A DNA stretch of 38,611 nucleotides, taken from assembly GCA_964370555.1 (NCBI GenBank), contig CAYJJW010000002.1:1-38611 (forward strand), in the 5' to 3' direction. This DNA comes from an uncultured Treponemataceae bacterium (lineage in GTDB: Bacteria > Spirochaetota > Spirochaetia > Treponematales > Treponemataceae). Of the stretch, positions 33,450-38,611 are shown in pieces. A model generated the notes under the pieces. It did no database searches. It saw only the letters and a list, made by a program, of their open reading frames with translations, and was not told the DNA's origin. Position 1 is the stretch's first letter. The number at the start of each line of letters is the position of its first letter. A program made the translations under genes and the position numbers.

Positions 33450-34361
33450 TTAATCCCATACAAAGTGATACGGCGTTTCTTGGTAAACATAGTTTATCCA
33501 ATTTGCATAAAATAAATGTGCATAGCTTCGCCATGTTGATAAGGGCGCTTTTGTTGGATCATCATGTAAAAAATAATTTACAGGAACATCTATCTTTAGT
33601 CCTTTTTCTATGTCGCGCCTGTATTCACCGGCTAGAGTGTCCGTGTCGTATTCAAAATGACCTGTAACAAACACTTTTCTGTCATCTTTTGACTTTACTA
33701 ATAAAACGCCGGCTTCATCAGATTCTGCCAAGATACATAAATCATTATTTTTTTCTATATCGCATTTATTAACTTCGGTATGTCTCGATTGCGGAGCAAA
33801 AAAAACATCGTCAAATCCTCTTAGTAGAGGTTCGTTTTGTACACATTTTGTATGTTTAAAAATACCGAACATTTTTTTGTCAAGGTTATATTTTTGAATT
33901 CCATAATTATGGTAAAGACCTGCTTGTGCACCCCAACAAATGTATAATGTTGAAAATACATTTTCTTTTGCATAGTCCATTATTGTTTTTAGTTCATCCC
34001 AATAATCAACCTCTTCAAAGGGTATTTGTTCTACAGGGGCACCGGTAATAATCATTCCGTCAAAACGTTGTGTTAAAATATCTTTAGAATTAATATAAAA
34101 TTTTTGTAGATGGTCTTCTCCGGTGTTTTTTGCTGTGTGAGATTCCATGTGCACAAGAGAGATTTCTATTTGTAACGGAGTATTACCCAATAAGCGCAAT
34201 AATTGTGTTTCTGTTGCTATCTTTGTAGGCATAAGATTTACAATTGCTATTTTTAAAGGACGAATATCCTGGTGAGTAGCTCTTTCATCTGTCATTACAA
34301 AGATGTTTTCCGATTCTAAAACCTTTCGAGCCGGAAGATCTGATTGAATTTTTATAGGCAT
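33450..34361 (-). CDS. metA: Homoserine O-acyltransferase, MetA family
   Basis: The N-terminus [23 protein letters not shown] is nearly colinear with the E. coli MetA start as I recall it. ITGAPVE and the catalytic-Cys block YICWGAQAG are present. Confidence 0.9.
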   Translation of the reverse strand: MPIKIQSDLPARKVLESENIFVMTDERATHQDIRPLKIAIVNLMPTKIATETQLLRLLGNTPLQIEISLVHMESHTAKNTGEDHLQKFYINSKDILTQRFDGMIITGAPVEQIPFEEVDYWDELKTIMDYAKENVFSTLYICWGAQAGLYHNYGIQKYNLDKKMFGIFKHTKCVQNEPLLRGFDDVFFAPQSRHTEVNKCDIEKNNDLCILAESDEAGVLLVKSKDDRKVFVTGHFEYDTDTLAGEYRRDIEKGLKIDVPVNYFLHDDPTKAPLSTWRSYAHLFYANWINYVYQETPYHFVWD

Positions 34362-34370
34362 AACAATAAA

Positions 34371-34379
34371 ACTATAGCA
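34371..34379 (-). promoter_or_regulatory. Extended -10 promoter (TGcTATAGT) of metA
   Basis: On the minus strand, TGCTATAGT is followed by 9 nt and then ATG 34361. Confidence 0.45.
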
Positions 34380-34394
34380 CATTTTTACATTTTT

Positions 34395-34403
34395 TGCTAT
34401 ACT
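34395..34403 (+). promoter_or_regulatory. Extended -10 promoter (TGcTATACT) of the esterase-U32 operon, with the ATG 6 nt downstream
   Basis: TG at 34395-34396 and TATACT at 34398..34403, then the 6 nt TCTTCT, then ATG at 34410. It lies back-to-back with the metA -10 element. Confidence 0.5.
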
Positions 34404-34409
34404 TCTTCT

Positions 34410-35303
34410 ATGAAAATGCAACAGTCTAAGCACGCTATAAAAAAACTCAAAACTTTAGTTGCAACACCAAACTCAGATATAGATGCGTTTAGAAGAGATA
34501 TAGAAACAACTTTTGCTTCTCCCATCTTGCCAAATAGGGTAGAATCGGAAAAAACAACCATTAATGGAATTGAATGTGAGGTATTAATTCCTGAGGTTTG
34601 TTCCACTTCTCATGTTATTTTATATGTACATGGAGGTGCCTTTATTGGTGGGTCTCCTGAATCATGGCGTGGTTTTTGTGCCTCTTTAGCTCATGTTGCT
34701 TGTGCAAAACTCATTCTTCCAAAATTTAGACTGGCACCGCAACAACCGTATCCTGCAGGCTTAGAAGATATAAAAGCTGTGATTAAAAAGCTATATGCAG
34801 AGCCAAAAGATATTTTTTTAGCAGCAGATGGATCCGGGGCAAGTATTGCGTTAGGAGTACTTTTAAAAATTAAAGCATCCTTTAGAAAAAAAATAAAAGG
34901 TATAGTTCTTTTTTCTCCATGGTTAAATGTTTCACAAGACTTGGAAAAGTCGGCCGAGCAAAAACCAACAAAAGATAAAATACTAACTTTTGAGTCTCTA
35001 AGATGGTGTGCCGAACTCTACACGTATTCTGAGAATTTAAAATGTCCTTTTATTTCACCGGTTTTTGCCGAACAATCAATGCTAGAAAATGTACCTCCTA
35101 TTTATATTCAGGTAGCAAAAGGTGAGCTTACAGAACCTGATATTCTTTATTTTCAAGGAAGGCTTAGAAAATTTGGTATTTCTTGTGAAGTGGATACATG
35201 GAAAAATGTTATGCATTTATTTCAACGAGCTGATGAGTTTTTAAAAGAATCTCATCTTGCAATAGAAAAGGCGGGTAATTATATCCGCGAAAAAGAGGCC
35301 TAA
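34410..35303 (+). CDS. Alpha/beta hydrolase, hormone-sensitive-lipase-like esterase family
   Basis: It has the oxyanion-hole motif HGGAF (an HGG type) in [11 protein letters not shown]. The nucleophile elbow region [12 protein letters not shown] is non-canonical compared with GDSAGG. I place the start at ATG 34410 (MKMQQSK..), because the longer ORF would overlap metA. Confidence 0.7.
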   Translation: MKMQQSKHAIKKLKTLVATPNSDIDAFRRDIETTFASPILPNRVESEKTTINGIECEVLIPEVCSTSHVILYVHGGAFIGGSPESWRGFCASLAHVACAKLILPKFRLAPQQPYPAGLEDIKAVIKKLYAEPKDIFLAADGSGASIALGVLLKIKASFRKKIKGIVLFSPWLNVSQDLEKSAEQKPTKDKILTFESLRWCAELYTYSENLKCPFISPVFAEQSMLENVPPIYIQVAKGELTEPDILYFQGRLRKFGISCEVDTWKNVMHLFQRADEFLKESHLAIEKAGNYIREKEA

Positions 35304-36737
35304 ATGGAATTAGTATGTCCTGCCGGAAACATCGAAAAACTGCGCTATGCATATGAATATGGTGCAGATGCTGCTTATATTGGTTTAAAAAATTTTTCTT
35401 TGCGTGTAAAAGCAGATAATTTTCATGATGAAGAATACGTGTTAATTCGTGATTTAAAAAACAAATTTCCCGGTAAAAGACTGTTTTGTGCAATGAATAT
35501 TACCTTTCATAATAGAGACTTAGATGCATTTTTGGGTGAAATAGACTATTTTAAGCAGTATCCTTTTGATGCATTCATTATTCAAGATATTGGAATGGTA
35601 AATCTTATTCAAAAGCATTTCCCCGATGCAAAACTCCACTTAAGCACACAGGCAAATTGTATAAACAGAGAAGCCGTAAAAATGTATAAAGCACTTGGAT
35701 TTGATAGGGTTGTAGTTGGAAGAGAAGCCTCGTTAACAGAAATTCGAGAAATAAAAGATACTGTTCCCGATATGGAAATAGAAGCCTTTGGGCATGGAGC
35801 AATGTGTATTTCGTATTCAGGCCGATGCTTAATGAGTGCATATTTAAATGGCCGAAGTGCAAATGCAGGGGCTTGCTCACATTCATGTCGTTGGGATTTT
35901 GATTTAAAAACGGCAAAAACTCTTGCGCAAAGTGGAGAACTTGTTTTAGAAGAAAAAAAACGTCCGGGAGAATTCTTTCCTGTTTTTGAAGGTGAAAACT
36001 TTACTGCAGTACTTTCTTCAAAAGATCTTTGTATGATAGATTATCTTACCGAATTTAAGGATGCTGGAGTAGACTCATTAAAAGTTGAAGGAAGGATGAA
36101 AAGCCTTTATTATGTGGCTTTAACGGCTCGGGCATATAGAAAAGCTATTGATGCAAAGCTTGGAACAATTACTGAAAAAGAGGCAAGCCCTTATGTGGCA
36201 GAACTTTTTAATTTGCAGCACAGAGCTTTCGGAACAGGTTTTTACTTTGGAAGTGAAGATGCAAATGAAACAACATCGGGAGAGTCTTCTGGCGAATATG
36301 AAATGTCAGGCACAATTGAAAGTGCTCTTTTGCAAGAAGAAAAAACAGAAATTCTAAAAAAAGGGCAAAGTACGGTACAAACATTTAATAATGCTCTTGA
36401 GTCTCTTCATCCTGATGCAAAAAAGGCAAAGCTAAAAGATTATGAAGATCATCCAGAAAAAATTCCTCAGGCACCTAAAGAACACAGCAATTGGAATATG
36501 TACCCTTTTAAAGCAATGAATAAAATTGAAGAAGGTATACCTTTTGAGTTTATTGGCCCAAATACGGTGAGAGTTTCAATGACAAAAGAAAACTTTTGTT
36601 TTGTTAATCCTGAAGATGGAACGTTAATGCAGTGGGTAAGTTTTGGACATGATTGTCTTATTTACACAAGTGAAAAGCTGGAAGAAAACTGGATTATGAG
36701 AATGAAAACTGATAAAGTAAGAAATGCTGCACGATAA
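35304..36737 (+). CDS. Peptidase-U32-family protein (RlhA/TrhP-type putative RNA hydroxylation factor, or collagenase-like)
   Basis: It has the U32 signature EAFGHGAMCISYSGRCLMS and the downstream Cys pair GACSHSCRW. The N-terminus is MELVCPAGNIEKLRYAYEYGADAAYIG. The ATG directly abuts the preceding stop codon. Confidence 0.85.
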   Translation: MELVCPAGNIEKLRYAYEYGADAAYIGLKNFSLRVKADNFHDEEYVLIRDLKNKFPGKRLFCAMNITFHNRDLDAFLGEIDYFKQYPFDAFIIQDIGMVNLIQKHFPDAKLHLSTQANCINREAVKMYKALGFDRVVVGREASLTEIREIKDTVPDMEIEAFGHGAMCISYSGRCLMSAYLNGRSANAGACSHSCRWDFDLKTAKTLAQSGELVLEEKKRPGEFFPVFEGENFTAVLSSKDLCMIDYLTEFKDAGVDSLKVEGRMKSLYYVALTARAYRKAIDAKLGTITEKEASPYVAELFNLQHRAFGTGFYFGSEDANETTSGESSGEYEMSGTIESALLQEEKTEILKKGQSTVQTFNNALESLHPDAKKAKLKDYEDHPEKIPQAPKEHSNWNMYPFKAMNKIEEGIPFEFIGPNTVRVSMTKENFCFVNPEDGTLMQWVSFGHDCLIYTSEKLEENWIMRMKTDKVRNAAR

Positions 36738-36752
36738 CACATAGGAGAAAGT

Positions 36753-37688
36753 ATGAATACTGCTATTTTATGGGATATTGAAAATGTAACGCCTCCTGTT
36801 GGCATGAACTATGTACAGATGGTAATGGATTCAATTGCAGAAGAAGGTAAAATCTCATATGCTATGGCTTTTGGAAATTGGAATGAAAAAAATATAACTG
36901 AAATAGCAAAAGAATTGGCACGAAACAGTTTTGAACTGTTACATATACCCTCGCAAGGAAAAGCAAAAGATTCTTCTGATATGGCAATGGTTGCACGAGG
37001 TATTGAACTTATTTTTCAATACCCAAATATTGAAAAATTTGTGCTTATTACGGGCGATGCCCATTTTATGCCTCTTTTGCAAAGCTTTAGAAAGTATGGT
37101 AAAAAAACGCTGGTTATTTGTGATGTAACCAGAAATGCTTCTGAAGATTTACTGCGTATGGCAGATGATTTTAAAGATTATAGAGATATTATAGATGCAA
37201 CAGATTCTGCAGACCATAATGAAGAAGATGCAACTGAAGAAAAACGAATTTCAAGAGAACAGTCTTTTGAGCTTTTAGAAGAGGCTGTGTCAGGGATGAT
37301 AAAAGAAAGAAAAGAACCATTTTTGGGAGCCGTAAAAATACGTATAAAACTTTTAAACTCTTCTTTTGACGAAAAAAAATTAGGATTTAGAACATGGAAA
37401 GCCTTTGTTAATGCCGCTTTACAAGAAACAGCAGTGGAGTTTTCAAAAGAAGAGCATAACAAACTGCAACTAAAAACACAGACTCAAAAAGGTCTTCCGA
37501 GTGAATTTACAGAGCTTTTATCGATGCTTCATAACAATGAATGGAAGCCTTTTACCGATGCTGCTAAAAATATTGATTACAAAAAGTATGGCTACACACG
37601 ATTTAAAAAACTTGCCCATGATGCTGAAAAACGTGGAATAGTACAGTTAAAAAACAAGGGACTTATTTGGTACTTAAAAAAAATATAA
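36753..37688 (+). CDS. NYN-domain (LabA-like PIN-fold) protein with two C-terminal OST-HTH/LOTUS domains
   Basis: The NYN core is AILWDIENV .. AFGNW .. DSSDMAMV .. VLITGDAHF. The LOTUS-like segments are ..LNSSFDEKKLGFRTWKAFV.. and ..IDYKKYGYTRFKKLAHDAEKRGIV... An AGGAGA SD is present. Confidence 0.75.
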   Translation: MNTAILWDIENVTPPVGMNYVQMVMDSIAEEGKISYAMAFGNWNEKNITEIAKELARNSFELLHIPSQGKAKDSSDMAMVARGIELIFQYPNIEKFVLITGDAHFMPLLQSFRKYGKKTLVICDVTRNASEDLLRMADDFKDYRDIIDATDSADHNEEDATEEKRISREQSFELLEEAVSGMIKERKEPFLGAVKIRIKLLNSSFDEKKLGFRTWKAFVNAALQETAVEFSKEEHNKLQLKTQTQKGLPSEFTELLSMLHNNEWKPFTDAAKNIDYKKYGYTRFKKLAHDAEKRGIVQLKNKGLIWYLKKI

Positions 37689-37697
37689 GGAAAAAAA

Positions 37698-38369
37698 ATG
37701 AAATCATTTACATGGGATAGTATAGAAGGCGCAATTTTTGATTTAGATGGAACACTCTTGGATTCAATGCAACAATGGCAGAGAATGGGAAGTACATATA
37801 TTGAGCTTAAAGGATTAGTTCCGGAAGAAAAACTTAATGAAAAACTCTACCCTCTAACAATCATACAAACTGCACAGTATTTAAAAGATACCTATGGTAT
37901 TGATTTAGACAGGGACTCAATTGTAAAAGAATGTAACGGGGTAATGGAAACTGAATACAACACAACAGTGCCTTTAAAACCATTTGTAAAAGATTTTTTA
38001 GATCTTCTAAAAGTGCAAAATATTCCTATGTATGTTGCAACGGCAACTGACAGGCACCTTGTAGAAATTGCACTTGAAGGCCATGGAATTGCAGAATATT
38101 TTAAGGAAATAATAACGTCTACAGAAGCCGGTAGTGCAAAAGCAGAATCATCTGCAATTTTTGATATGGCACGGAAAGCATTGGGGACTAGCCTTGAAAA
38201 GACAGTTATTTTTGAGGACTCTTATCATGCAATAAAAACAGCTCATAAGGCCGGATATCCTATCGCTGCTCTCTATGATTTAGCTGCAGAAAAAGATTTA
38301 GCTGAAATAAAAAAAATATCAGATTGGTATTCTGAAACATTTGAATTTTATGTAAAGGCATTGTCTTAA
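37698..38369 (+). CDS. HAD-superfamily hydrolase (beta-phosphoglucomutase/phosphatase-like, subfamily IA)
   Basis: HAD motif I is AIFDLDGTLLDS, motif II is VATAT, and motif IV is FEDSYHAIKTAHKAG. Confidence 0.85.
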   Translation: MKSFTWDSIEGAIFDLDGTLLDSMQQWQRMGSTYIELKGLVPEEKLNEKLYPLTIIQTAQYLKDTYGIDLDRDSIVKECNGVMETEYNTTVPLKPFVKDFLDLLKVQNIPMYVATATDRHLVEIALEGHGIAEYFKEIITSTEAGSAKAESSAIFDMARKALGTSLEKTVIFEDSYHAIKTAHKAGYPIAALYDLAAEKDLAEIKKISDWYSETFEFYVKALS

Positions 38370-38397
38370 TAGGCGTGAAATAGAAAAGGAGACAAAA

Positions 38398-38611
38398 ATG
38401 ACAAGAGATGAAGCATTAGCAATTTTTAAAAAATATAATACAGATGAAGGCTTAACAAGGCACGCCTTTGCCGTTGAAGGTGTTATGAGACATTTTGCAA
38501 AACTAGAAGGTGAAGATGCAGACTATTGGGGAAATGTAGGTCTTTTACATGACATCGACTATCAAATGTACCCAACAGAGCACTGTGTAAAAGCAGGCGA
38601 GCTATTAAAAG
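38398..38611 (+). CDS. HD-domain metal-dependent phosphohydrolase (N-terminal part; runs off the right edge)
   Basis: ATG at 38398 lies after an AAGGAGA SD. The sequence MTRDEALAIFKKYNTDEGLTRHAFAVEGVMRHF..VGLLHDIDY contains the H...HD motif. Confidence 0.7.
   Translation, partial: MTRDEALAIFKKYNTDEGLTRHAFAVEGVMRHFAKLEGEDADYWGNVGLLHDIDYQMYPTEHCVKAGELLK

Noticed and set aside
1-38611. Scan for CRISPR arrays, tandem repeats, tRNA/rRNA/tmRNA/RNase P signatures, transposases, integrases, toxin-antitoxin pairs or defence-system-like gene clusters
   Set aside because: I recognised none. There are no regularly spaced direct repeats, no T-loop/acceptor-type structures outside coding sequence, and every sizeable ORF has a housekeeping, signalling or envelope assignment or is a plain hypothetical membrane protein. 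The window looks like core chromosome, not an accessory island.

Overview
This is a 38.6-kb, low-GC, very tightly packed chromosomal segment. It reads as core housekeeping DNA of a motile diderm bacterium. My guess is a Treponema-like spirochaete, based on protein sequences and gene content; that is inference and needs a database search to confirm. I can support 32 protein-coding genes, two of them truncated at the window edges. I found no rRNA, tRNA, CRISPR array, transposase, integrase or phage gene. From left to right the content is: (1) a MacB/LolD-type ABC ATPase, an outer-membrane beta-barrel and a LolA-like carrier in one operon; (2) a PilZ c-di-GMP receptor; (3) tcdA; (4) a 500-bp ORF-free AT-rich spacer; (5) glgX-glgP-mcp; (6) an FMN oxidoreductase and pfkA; (7) a secreted GH-like protein, a PAP2 phosphatase and mnmE; (8) a membrane protein, Nif3, lspA and a small membrane protein; (9) a GHKL-HDOD signalling protein; (10) rsmI, flgM, a degenerate Fe-ADH-fold protein and a SpoU methyltransferase; (11) a Cys/Met PLP enzyme; (12) a GH63-like hydrolase with ppx and ppk; (13) metA-mnmG; (14) an esterase, a U32 protein, an NYN-LOTUS protein, a HAD hydrolase and an HD protein. 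I do not see a defence-island-like or mobile novel system. The most unusual items are these. First, the long tcdA/glgX spacer carries two identical 17-bp elements, each with a perfect DnaA-box 9-mer, plus a near-consensus orphan promoter and phased A-tracts. Second, first genes of operons repeatedly show a -10 hexamer (often TGn-extended), a 6-nt gap and then ATG, which predicts leaderless mRNAs. Third, a LolA-like carrier is coupled to a dedicated outer-membrane barrel and an ABC transporter. Fourth, a catalytically eroded Fe-ADH-fold protein sits between flgM and RNA methyltransferase genes. Fifth, there is a GHKL-HDOD fusion. All function calls rest on motifs I recognise by eye; no searches were run.
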